64,000 nucleotides of DNA from Camelus ferus (Eukaryota), in contig NC_045707.1 in the NCBI RefSeq assembly GCF_009834535.1, forward strand, positions 56,670,001 through 56,734,000, given 5' to 3'. Position numbers and translations under genes: made by a program. The notes under the pieces were generated by a model. The model was not told the DNA's origin. It saw only the letters and a list, made by a program, of their open reading frames with translations, and searched no databases. Positions 27,688 to 40,419 of the stretch are shown piece by piece (position 1 is the first letter of the stretch; every line of letters starts with the position of its first letter).

Positions 27688-29384
27688 CAATTTTACTCAA
27701 TTTTAAGCAGTTTAAAAATATTTGCTTTAAAGTTTTGGTAAGCAAATTTTAAGTAATTTAGATTATTAAAGTGCACATTAAAAGAAACACGGATATGATG
27801 CACTGTGCAGTAGAGGACAAAAATATCATGGTTTTTTTTACATAGATCATAATACAAAGAAATCATGTCCCCTGGCATGACCCCTTTAATACAGACCTCC
27901 ACATACTTTTGGGGTCCTTATTTTTCCTCTTCTGCCATTAGGAGGATTTTGGTTTAATTGTTTTAAATATTTTATATAGATTTATATACACACATATATA
28001 TCTTCCTTTATTAGTAGATTTGCATTTTCATAGGAGGCTGTAAAAAACTGGTAAGTCTTTAATACATCAAGAAATCATGGTGAGAGTTTAAAATATTTTG
28101 GTTGTTTGGGGTTATGTGGGGACTAAAGCTTTCTGCAGTCCCTCAGATAAGCCTGAAAGACAACTGTATACTCATGATATGAATCATCTCCTTTAAGAGG
28201 TGTTTGAAAGTTTGTATAGGATCTTCTTTAAATTAGAAATTATATAGTGATGGGAGAGAAAGCATCAGTCTAATTCTTCTGCCATCAAATAATTACTCTT
28301 AGGATGTGAATGTGAACTGACAAGAGAGTTTGTTTTAAATGCCTTGTGGTTATGTATCTTCTATGATAGCTATTTGGGGGACTGGAGGGTGTATGTGGAA
28401 TATCTGTTCTTCTTTCCTGCAAAATGAGTGATTTTTAGGAATGGCTAGCCTTTCTTTATTCCAATCAAGTCAATTTTTAATACCGGAATGATCATCTTAA
28501 AATGTAGCTCTGAGATTTTTCTCTTTTCCAGCCATTAAATGACTCCCCAACTAAAAAACAAAACAAAACAAACAAAAAAGGAAGTACAATTTCCATAATG
28601 ACCATTGTAGATCTTCCAGGATCTGAGCCCAGTTGACTTTCTTGATCCTGATCTTACTAGGACCCTCTATGTCTTCTCCCTTCTACTTTGAACAAATCCG
28701 ATGATTTTCTCCACAATGCTTATGTGTTCCCTCTCAGAGCTTTAATAATGCTGTTCCCTTCACCAACGTGGACACAGGCTTAATGTATCACATGGGTGAC
28801 CCCACCAAAGGCAGGTCTTAGTAGAGAAGAGCTATGATTTTGTACAATAAGTGACCAACAGTGAATTAATTGTCTACAATTTTCCTGACCCCCCATTTCA
28901 ATATTTTCAATAAAAAATGGGTTTCTGATACATCATCACTTCTTGATGCCTTCATCCTGAAAGTTGCATGTTAGTCACAAATATTAAAGACTGAAATATG
29001 TCCCTTCATTTTGTCTCTGTGGGTGTATGGTTTTTCATCCTTAATGCAATGATTTAAAGTGCTTAATATTTAATGTCCTTCAAGATGCAACATCTTATTC
29101 TGTAGTTAGACAAATTTCTACATGTTACTATTGTGCTTGGCACTCTTATAGGGAAAGAAAAGCGGGAAAAGGGAAAAAGTTGGGGGGCTCTGCTTTCTCC
29201 CTTATAATTACTTACAATTTCTATTGGATACTAGAGCACAAATAAACACAGACAATAGCAACAAGTAAATAAACTGAAGCATTTATAGTTTGAACACAGG
29301 AAAATTGAAGCAGCAGACATTTCATGTTTGCTTTTGTTCGAATGACATGAGTAGAAAGAAATTCAAAAGGTCACTGAATTCATG

Positions 29385-30350
29385 TTTTTAAACTTTTAAA
29401 ACCAAACCATATTGTACATACATAAAAGTGAACAAGTCATAATTGTATTGCTTGATTAACTACTAAAATAAACACAGCTGTGGAATCCTACCTATTTCCA
29501 CATATAATAGAGACCCTGCACTTTGAGAAGCCACCCTCCCGTGTCCCTCCAGGGTTGGTTTTACAGATAACTGCTCTTCTGACTTGCATCATCACAAACT
29601 AGTTTTGTTGCCTTTTTGCATTTTACAGGAGTGTAATCACATAGTACATGTTCCTTTTGGCCTAGATTTTTTTGTCCAACATAATACATCTGAGATTTAC
29701 CCATGTTGTTTTATGAGGCAGTGATTTTTTATCATTGTTGTACAAAATTCCATTTTAAGAATGTAACACTATTTACCTACTCTACTTCTTATGGTTATTT
29801 GGGTTGTTTCTAGTGTTATGATGATGAATGCTGCTATGAATATGTAGCATTGTGTCCATATTACAAATTTCTGTTCACATTTCTACTGTATATTGTATAC
29901 AGTATGTACCTGAAGAGATGATTATAGCCTGCTTTGTTGGAAACTGCAAAACAGTTGAAGATTGTACCAATTTATCCCCCAGCAGAAGAACATGAGAGTT
30001 CGAATTGTTCCTCATTCTCATCAGCACTTGGTATTGCCAGCTATTTTTTAAGGCATTCTTCTGGGTATAGAGTGGTACCTCATTGCTAGTTTTCATTTTA
30101 CTTTTCCCTGACGATGAAGGATGTGCAACACCTCTTCATATACCTAAAGGCCATTTGAATTTCCTCTTTTGTGAAGAGCTTGATCAAGTCATTTTCTTAT
30201 CTTTTTCTTTTTTTGAAAGGATCATCTATCTTTTTCTTGTTTTATTTTTTTGATTTTGAAATATTCTGAGTGAATGTTCTCTTTAGATATCAGTATTACA
30301 AATATCATCTCTCGGAAGCTTGGATATACAGTGTCTTTTGATAAGTAAGT
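29385..30350 (-). mobile_element. Old L1 (L1MC/ME-like) 3' fragment
   Basis: 'ttgtaccaatttatcccccagcag...cattctcatcagcacttggtattgccagct...gtggtacctcattg...ggccatttgaatttcctcttttgtgaag'. Confidence 0.85.
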
Positions 30351-32809
30351 TTTAATAAAAATGTATTACAACTGGAGACATTGCTACCATGCAGCAGAAC
30401 TTAATAAAAATTTCTATAAGACTTTTTCTGTCTCATTCATCGGCATTTCCCTTTTTTTTGATGGCCTATTTCACCAATTTGTGCCCATAAGTTCCTGTAA
30501 ATCTGTGCTGCAAATTCCTTTTACCCTCCTGTCCTGATCCTTAAATATCTTTTATTCTCAGATACCTATTGCACTTGTTAATAAAACTACATTTGTGACG
30601 GGAAAATATTAAATACTTCAAGTCCCCAAAGCTTTCTAAGGAACATGTGTTGAGTTGGATGATAAGAATGAGGAAATTTTCAAGACTAAGGGATAACTGA
30701 ATTCTGCTGAAGAAGAATTATGAAATAAAGAGAACCTGAGAGCAGATTCCAGAGGCTGAAAAGCTGTAGCCCTGAGAAGCCTGTGTGGAAAAAGAGCCCT
30801 AGAGGAGGAGGATGGAATAGAAGGTGCTTAGAAAGATGCTTCTGAAGTTTTGCAACATGGTCACCATTAAGTCACCATTTCCAGTAAAATCTACACTGCA
30901 AATTGTTGCTTTCCAGAATTTTATCTACTTTGAGGGGGGGTCTGCAAAAAGCTCATACCCTCCCATGTACTCAGTGAGGGTACAAATAAATGAGATGCTG
31001 ATCATGGGATAGAACCCCATCACACTTAGGTGACCCCCAGTTCTAAATATCTGCACAGTGTAAATATGCTATTTTTCAGTCGCATTTTCAGTTAACAATA
31101 GAAAAATGATTTATAGCCCTACAACAATGTATTTATTGCAGCAAATAAAATTATATCGTATTTCCAATCCACTACAGTCCTCTAAATTATGGACATGTGA
31201 CAATTAAACCAGACTATATTTGACTTGGGCTTACCTATGAAAATTAGTCTTTTGTGTTTTGCTACATCATATTCCTATTGTTAATTAAATTTGTATTGGT
31301 AAGATAAATGGTCACTTGCCAGTTTGTATTTACAAAGTAGGTTCTGTCTTATTTGACATATTTTGGCCATATCTTTGTTTTTACCATCCAATTACATAAT
31401 TTAAGAGGAAGTATGGTTTTATTGTGCCCAGTAAAAAGAAAACTGATAGAAATAATAGTAATAGTAATAATTGCCTATCTTTTATTTTGACATTTCGTTT
31501 TGGGGAAGAAAACCGAGTGCTGCACCCTTGGAGGGGACTGTTAGTACTATTGTGTTTAAAAACCGTAATTTATTATGGTGTACCACTTTCCTTTTCTACC
31601 TGATTCTCTAATGTTTTCTCTCCCATAGTATTAGAAGTTGATAAAATTCCCTTAACTACTATCCCTGACAGATAACTCCTGCCCTCCTTTCCACAAAAGA
31701 AAACCTTTCACTTGAAATTACTATCAAAAGAATTTCGAGATGTCTACAATTTTGTACACATGTACAATTCTTTACCATGTACATTCACAAGAATCCTCTG
31801 TACTGCTAAAGTTATTATTGGTGAGAACTGATCTAATGGGGAGGGATGCCAACGTCTGGCAGGTCAAAAAAGAAGATGATTTCTACAGAGAACCTGAGTG
31901 TCAAAACTGGAGTCTTGATGGAATGGTTTGTTTAGACTTCAACAAAGATTGTCAAAGTCGTAAACTTTAAATGTTGTTAATTTCAACATTTTATAAAATG
32001 ACAGGTAACTCATTTTGTGTGGTATCTTCAACCAAGAAAAATAATTAATTTTTGTCTTTGGCCGTCAAGGGCTGATTAGGTAGCACAGAAACTGAGTGTG
32101 AGAAGATTCCTTTTTTAAATTAAGGAATTCGTATCTACAACCTTCCAGAATGAAAACAATTTTTACTCTGTTGCCAGTGGGATGAGGGGATTTTTATTTT
32201 AATAGATTGCACGTGAAGTCAGGCAAAACATTCAACAGACACAAAGGAAATATTTGTTGAAGTGCCTCCTTTGAGGAGTATGACCTAGGACTTAGGAAAG
32301 TCCTGTTTCTATATATACTGCTTTCTGTATGCCCATAAACAACAACTTTCAAAAATTCCCAGCAGCCAGTGGCACCTCTTGCTGGAAAAGTTAAACTGTG
32401 TAAGTTTCAACACTCAAAGAAGGTCACCTGAAAATTCTTTCACTCTTCATTAGTCTGGAGAGAATGTTAACACTCAATGCCAATTCTTTGTGTTTTTTCC
32501 TCCTCAATTACCTTACAAACTAGCATCTAAATAAGGCAGGCATATTACTATTTCTGTATATTTTACTGAATCAGAGAAAATGTGTCATACAAGAGCAATG
32601 TGCAGTGTCTCCAGTCCTGCTGAATGTTTTCCCTGCCATCTGTTTCATGATTTTTCACTTTTCTTTTCTACTTTGCTCTAATAGTCAAGCAGACAGTGAA
32701 GGTTGCAGCAATCTCAGTAGCTTTTCTTTCATCCAGCTTGTATCATTGTGTTGATAATTTTGTTTTCTTGAGTTCACATATCATCAAAAATAAACACAGA
32801 TTACTAGGA

Positions 32810-33030
32810 GGCAGTATATTATGGTATGAAGAGAGATGGCTTTGGAGCCAAGGGTCTTCAGTTTGAATGTGGCTTTGCCGCTTACTTAGTCAAGTCACAC
32901 ATCTTCCGTGACTTGGTTTCCCTAATATAAGATGGTGATAATGATACCTAGCAGGAGGTGCTATGTAATTACAGATATGAGATATACAATGTTCTTAGAA
33001 CACAGCAGGTATGATTTAAATGATAGAAGT
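32810..33030 (+). mobile_element. MIR SINE
   Basis: 'ggctttggagccaag...gtttgaatgtggctttgccgcttact...caagtcac...ggtttccctaatataagatggtgataatgatacct'. Confidence 0.75.
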
Positions 33031-36000
33031 CAAAAGTAAAATTCAAGGTCTCTATCCTTAAGCACCTTGGAATATAATTCGAGATACACACACACAAACA
33101 CACACAACTAGTATTACAATACAGTACATAATTTTGCCAAATGATTGGTTGGGATGATCACTACTAGGGAATTTAAAAAGCCCAAGCAAAAGATTCTGTG
33201 ACATTCATAAGCTAGTGACCTTTTCTGAGTCAAAAGCACCACAGTGAAATTATTGTCTTAGGCAGGTTCTCTTGACAGCAGTTGCCCCAAGACACCAGAA
33301 GTGGCTGTGGAAAGTTAGAAAGCTATTGCAAAAATTTAACAAAGTATTAAAGGCCAGAATTATATAGACAGATAATTCTATTTACATTAGAATTAAAAAC
33401 ATTTGAGTACTGAGGGGAGCAAGCAGGACAAGTAGGTAATTCGCTCACCAAATGTTGAACAGAGATAAGCATAATTTTCTTCCACAGATAGATTGGTAGC
33501 ATCATTGACTTGAAATGAATTAAATTGCATTGAGCTACTCATTAATCCGGAGAAAACCAGTTGGGGATATGAATAAGTATCTTTCCAAGTTTTTTCCCTA
33601 GTAACTTCACACCCTGGTGCTAGTGTTGAATTTAATAAAGCAGGGCCAAAGAAGCTATGGCAATTGAAGCATGAAGCTTAGCTGCAGAGCTGAGGGACGC
33701 CACATAGGGCTTTATCCAGACCTCTTCAGAAGGACATGTAATATCTACAGAATGCTCCTCAGGATTTGCTCCCCTCCTAATTCTTAGTTCCCCCTTCACT
33801 CTTGGTCTCCTACATATAGATGTAGAAAAGATATGAATTCTAGTGCCTAACAGAGTGATAATAACTGCATTATTCTCCATTTGCTTAGTACTTCACAGTT
33901 GTCAAAGTACAATCACATATATTTTCAGTAGTTTTTATTAGCAGTCTTTCCTAAATTTGTAAAGATATTTTTAAATTTATTTTGAAAACTTGTACAATGT
34001 TCACATATTATTGGAGGACTTTCTGTGAGTCAGATAAAAAATCTTTAAATGTCTCTATTTTCAAATCATTTTAGAGATATTAGATGAATGGAAATACAAG
34101 AAGTTTAGTCAGAGTAATTATGTCTCTTGGTAGGAAAGGAAATGGAAGTGTGAAGAATCTGGACTTTGTTTAAAAAACCAAACTGAAGTGTTTGTAATAG
34201 AGCCTTGAAGATTCCGGGCAATAGAGAAAACAGTAACATTTTCCCCTATATCTCAATCCAACTTCTTGAGTGCATCAGTGTAGCATTAATGTGGTTTTAT
34301 AAATCTTTATAGAGAAAAAGATTGGAGTTTCCAGGACTCTAAGCTCAGACGCTGAGAATAACAAGTATTATCTGAGTATTAAAAGTGACTCAAACACAGT
34401 GTGCTCAAGGACAAACACCCAAGATGACAAATACGTCTCGCTCATCATCAACTCTAATAAAGATGAGCCGTGCAAGTCCCAATGTATCTACCAGTGTTCT
34501 TGACAAGGAAATGAATATTTTTAAGAAGTATTACCCTGAGTGGATGATTCAGCTCTTCAACTATAGGAAATCAGTGATAAAGCATAATAAACCAAAAACA
34601 AGTCAAATAGAGAGCATTTTACTCTCTCTCTCTGTCCGTGTGTAAGGGAAAGAAAAGCATCTAGTACAGATTAAAAGTTAAGGTAAAAATAACATTGGAA
34701 ATGATATTTTTTAACTACTGTAAAACATTGTGGATCTCAAAGCAATGATTCTGAGGTTTCAGCTAATACTACATTTTCTAAGAGTTTAAACATCCTATTT
34801 GGGGAGGGTGCAGAAATGATTAGAGACTAACCATGCTATCTCTATCTTATGGTCTGTTCAAATATGTTGTGAATATAAATTTAATCTACAGACTATATGA
34901 GACCATGCCCAAGGATATTTTAATATGAAATATAGTAAAATGTTTAAAATATTAAAATGAGAGATCTGTGTATTGCCCATGGTATTTTTTTGTTTGTTTG
35001 TTTGTTTTGTTTGTTTTAATATGCTAGGCATGGTTACAGCAGAAGCTGGACATTTTACAGTAGTGGTTTATCAAACACATCTTGCCATACTTAATGCAAG
35101 AGTTAATAGTTAGATTTCATTTCAAAATGAAAAATCTTGGGCAAATATAAAACTGGATATGACACCATAATAGCAAGCATGATTCCAGTCTCTCCTGAGC
35201 AAACCAAGAAATACCATCATTCTGGTTAGATAAAAGCCTGTCAAGTGCCCATTTGGTTTAGCAACCTGAGGCCCAGAGTTGACCTTACTTAGAGAGTATT
35301 GTGGTAGGTTGTGGAATGAGTGGAAGCTAATTAAAAGGAGAGATCATGGATGAGTACATCCAAGGAGATTGGTTGTAAATGGGAAGAGACAGAGAATAGT
35401 GATTGGTAGAGCAGGTGAGTCCTAGGGGGGATTTAAAGGATGGTTGAGACTTGAGTAGGTTTATATATTTGTACTAATATGGAGTCAAAAGAAAGCAAGA
35501 GGTTGACAACAAAAAGAGAGTGAGAGAAAATCAATAGAACAAAAAGTGGAGAGAGCTCCAGAGCACAGGCATATATTTGAAACCAATTTAAATGAATTTT
35601 GAACAGTCTATAAAAAGTTCATTTGTACTTGTATGAAACAAACCTAAAGGGAATTAGAACCAACAGAAATAACAGAAAAATTACTCTTATTAAGAAGGGA
35701 TAAAATAGTAAGTTATGAAGATAAACCTTCAGTAGTTTGAAATGAATTTCCTTATAAAATACATTAAATAAATGAAAAAATATTAAGAAAGTTGATCATG
35801 GCAGTAATGGGTTTTAAGTTTTATGAAATGCTGTGATAATTAGGTCAGAATTTTCAAGTGGAAATTGAGTAATCATCCTTAGAGATTCAAAATATTCCTG
35901 GAATTTATAACAAGGATGTTATAAAGTACTCAGATAAATATAATTCTGGCTCAAAATAATAAGCTTTCATTTATCATCCTGAATCTCCATAAAATTTGAC

Positions 36001-36815
36001 TCTAAATGTTTTTACGGAAACTAAAGTTCTATGTAATAGTTTTTACAGTTTCTAGATAAGAACTTTTGAAACTCTGTTTTTATAAAGAGTTGAAAACCAA
36101 TGAAACTGCTGCTGTATCCATATGATTAAAGAATCCATTTGTTTAAAAACTTTGGTTCTCATGTAATAATATAACTCGATAAAGGTTCAGTTTATTGCCT
36201 ACATTTGGCTGTGTCATTCCATCCTTTCATTATTTATGCCAAAATGGAAAGAAATCAATACCTGTTTATATGGTATAGCTGATAAAGTTTTTTTGTTGTT
36301 GTTGTTAATTATTAAGGTACGTGATATAGTGATTTTAGTAAAAACCTAAAAATGAGAAATCCTATGTTGTATTATAAGAAGTGACTTTCTCATTGGGTAA
36401 CAATATAAACATAAGCCTATCTTTTTAAATATTTCACTGTTGCAAGCAAAACTGAGTGAGTTAACAATTTTCTGCAAAAAACATAGCCATCCAATCATCC
36501 ACAGCATTTTAACAATACTACGATTATCAATGATATATTCTATTATTGTTACTATTTTATCTAAAGTGATCAAATATTTTTAATGAAACAATTTTCACTT
36601 GCCATCAGAATGAGTCAAGATAACTTTTTAAAAGCTAGAAATTCCACTTGTAAAAATCTATCATACCTCTGTAAGTTTGGAACAATATATGTATAAAGGT
36701 AGTCATTGTTTATAATAATGATCACTTATAAGGGACTGCATAAAAAAGTTAAGGTTTTAAAATACAAGTAATATTCTGTGAGGTTTTTAAAGAATGTGGT
36801 TACAAAGAGAATTTC

Positions 36816-37248
36816 TGGATAATGTCAGTTTGCTCTCCCAGAGCTAATCTCCACCTGTCTCCACTAAGTTTGTGCTACCTAGACTTGTAAAAGTGCTACC
36901 TATAGACTACCTTGACCTCTGGTTTCCAGTTAGGGTGGAAGAAGAAGGAGAGTAAGGGTTCTCCACCATCCTACCCCTGCTGGGTCACTAAGGTTAGAGT
37001 GGACTAGGGGTTTCCTATGATGCAATCCTACCCTGTCCATTCTATTTCTGCCTGTGTTTCGGTAACATTTCAGGTCAGGGGGATGAGAAGGTGCCGTCTC
37101 ATTCCTTACTAGTCCTTGCAATTGCTGGCTTGAAGATACAGCACTATTCTTGTGGTTTTCCTTCACCTTAACCGTAACTTTATGGAGTCCCTTTATTAAT
37201 CCCTCCTAGAATTATTCTAGGTAGCTAGCTAGAACCCTAGAAAATATA
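36816..37248 (+). mobile_element. ERVL LTR (LTR33-like)
   Basis: 'ccttgacctctggtttccagttaggg', 'cttgtggttttcct', 'agtccctttattaatccctcct' match LTR33 landmarks. Confidence 0.7.
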
Positions 37249-37289
37249 TATTGTTTGCTATAGCTAAAACAAGCTGCCAAATGCTACGC

Positions 37290-37840
37290 TGCATGTGGGA
37301 GGCAGGAAATCATAGCACTTGAACTTACAGATTCTGAGTCTGGGCTTGAGTCTCAGCTGTACCATCGACAAGAGTGGCTATGAGAAAATTGCTTAACTTC
37401 TTTAAGTCTTAACTGCCTCATCTCTAAATAAAGGAGATATTGTCTGATCCATTGGGCTATCATGAGGATTAAATAAGATGATGAATGTAATGTACCAACC
37501 AAAAGGACTTGCTTAGGTCATTAGTAATGAAAGGCAATATGTAGACTTCGCACCATGTGTCACATATTCTAGGAACTCTATGTGAACTATTTTAGTCTTT
37601 GCAATAGCTCTGTGAATGGGGACAACTTCATAAGCTGGTATGTATATATGTATATCTTATATAGTGCCCAGAACATAGAAAATATTATATGGATGTTTGT
37701 ATTATTGTCATTGTTATCCTAATCCCCTAAATTCAAAGATGAAGGAGCTAAGACTTTAAATGTTGAAGGTTAATTTATCTAACAAGGAATTTACCTTGGA
37801 TTTGAATTTAGAAAGTGCGGCTTTAGAACACAATCTTTAT
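37290..37840. mobile_element. Cluster of MIR fragments (sense then antisense)
   Basis: 'gagtctcagctgtaccat...aattgcttaacttc...atgaggattaaataagat' followed by antisense MIR pieces. Confidence 0.6.
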
Positions 37841-40274
37841 TTTAAGTGCACATATTAAGTAAATAATACCTATGATTGTTATTGTTTAAATTATCCTGTT
37901 TTTGTAAATATGAGTATTCGTATGTTCACAATGTCATGAAGACTATGCATCAAGCCGTTATTTTTAAAATTACAGATGTGTGAATTCAAAATAAATTATG
38001 TAATTATATCTATATCTAACTATATATCTATAGTCTACCTCTACACATATGAATGTTAAGTATCTATCTATAAATGTGTATATATATCCCATTAAAATGT
38101 AACAACTTTTTAATTTTTATATGTACAACAAAAATGAGCACATGCATTTGATTATTTTTACTTGTATTTCCTAAAGTAAAGAACATAATATACTAAATAT
38201 ATGTTGTGTGTTTAAAATGTATAGTTATAATATTTTAAGAAAATAGTATCTGTTTGCTATGGATATGAAGAAGGATATCTCTAGCTATGTGAGAAGTATT
38301 TTTGCTTTTGTGCTATTACCAAACTTACATGATGATTATTTTTATCTGCTGGATGCAATTTCACATGTTAAATGAGAGTATACTTCGTTTATTTCTGTTG
38401 TATTTAGAAGCCTATAATATTGTTTAATATAAGTAGTTGGTCTTTTAAAATCCCTCTCTTATTGTATCTCTCTCATGAATAAAGGCTGCTATAAAATACT
38501 GAAGTATGCGTCAAATGATGGACATACACAAATTAATAGAACCTCTGACTAATGCAGAACTTCTAATGTAACCATGGTTTCATCATTGAACATTTCTATT
38601 GTTAGTTCCCTATTCTAGTGGAGAAAGGCAAAACAGAAGGACTTTTTGATATCAGGATAATCTGAATGTAAAATGACAGAATATAATACAAAAGGAAGAT
38701 AGCTGAGCTTTATGTGAGTATGGATTTAAATATATATCTTAATTTTCAAAGGGTAATATGGACTTCTGTGCCCAAGTAATGCCTCTAATTTAAACTACAA
38801 TGTGTTGTGAAGAGTGTAATGCATGATGAAACATTAAAGCCAACTGTCAGTACCGATGCTTAAATGTTGTGATTATAGTTGCTATTTGAGGGCAGAGATC
38901 ATTTTACTTGAATTGCTTGCTGGTAAATTTATTGTTCAAATAATACAGTCCCTAAAATGTGGTATACACTGGATCACTATAATCAATAGACTTGTGATTT
39001 ATGTATCTGTTGTAGATATTTTCATTGTTAGATTGCTGTGTATAAAAAAAATAAGGTGTGCAAACCAGTGGAGAAATGTTGGAGATGCAAATTATAGATT
39101 ATGTTTTTAATTCACGCAGTGGCAGGGAAATTTCAAGCATACAATACACCAGCTTCACATGTTAATTGGAAGAGAGTAAATGTTCTAAAAAATGTGCAAA
39201 ATAAGAAACGTTAGCTCCTTTGGTAAATAATACGAAACAAAACTATGTGATGGTGAAGTTAAATTATAAATCATTTATATTGATGAACCAGATCTGTGAC
39301 ACAATTGATTAAATTAATGGTTGTAATGTGAAGTTTAAATTTAAAAACTCCCAGAACAAAACCTTCAAAGATAATAAAATAACTTTCCTTTGACTTGTAA
39401 GCCAAACAATGATGGACACACAGAAGATGCTCCTTTTTTTGATAATTCTGCCCTTACCCTCATCAAATTATGTTCAAATAAACAAAACTCTCCTATCATA
39501 TCTTTTAGCACTCTGATATAGTTCCTAGTTCGGTTTTGGCATATATTTAAAAACATGTATACATTCTTTAAACTGAGATTTAATAATGATGATCTAATGA
39601 TCGACTAGTTAAATCACTTCTTCAAAAAGATCTCAGTGTGGCATTTTTAAATTTCCATGACTTACTTTGAGCTATTAAAGACTTTCCATATCCATTAAAA
39701 AAATTTTTTTTGTAGTATTGGAAAACATTTACCAACTAATCAGAGATGCAGATTATAGGAATAAATATTTTATTTTACAGCTAGCTTTGATTCTAAAGCA
39801 CTGTATAAAATGAAAAAGTAATTTAATACTTACGGTCTGATTACCTTCTAGGAAAGGTTTTATTATTTTTATTAGTATTACTATCAAAGATTGGGTTTTC
39901 TTAGTTCACAATGGGATCACAGAATGATGTAATATGTTGTGGTAGGCAAGAAGCAGTCTTACCATGGAAATCATATATTATTCTCAAGTTCCTTACATGT
40001 AAATAAATTATTTGCACATGAAGGAGTTAGAAATTTACAAATGTATTTCAAGCCCCAAGCACTATACTTACTACTTACCATTTTACCTGATCATACTTGA
40101 AATTTTTGGAAGAAGTGCTGTATAGTTTTACTGTCTTCCACAAATATATGTGTGTATAAGTATACACATATAAATTTTAGATAAAATTTTCAATCTATGG
40201 TACAATGATAAGTGATATGTTTTATTCTGTGTGTTTTGTGAATTTTTAAGTTATAATTTTTTAAAGTGACTTAA

Positions 40275-40277
<3 letters not shown>

Positions 40278-40305
<28 letters not shown>

Positions 40306-40419
40306 GGTGGAGGGAGGTAATTATTCATGTATTTATTCTTGGAGGAAGTACTGGGGATTGAACCCAGGACCTCATGCATGCTAAGTATGTGTTCTACCAC
40401 TTGAGCTATAACCCTCCCC
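40278..40419 (-). mobile_element. tRNA-Ala-derived SINE (camelid Vic-1-like), full length with A28 tail
   Basis: Reverse complement GGGGAGGGTTATAGCTCAAGTGGTAGAACACATACTTAGCATGCATGAGGTCCTGGGTTCAATCCCCAGTACTTCC...; T28 at 40278-40305 on + strand; imperfect target-site duplication (tttaaa[g/a]tgact) on both flanks. Confidence 0.9.

Noticed and set aside
32362..32386. CTCF-like motif (reverse CCAGCAAGAGGTGC)
   Set aside because: Three mismatches at informative core positions.
40340..40419. Possible tRNA-Ala(AGC) gene
   Set aside because: It has a SINE body, a poly(A) tail, TSD-like flanks and a second diverged copy at 1-163; it is a tRNA-derived SINE, not a tRNA gene.
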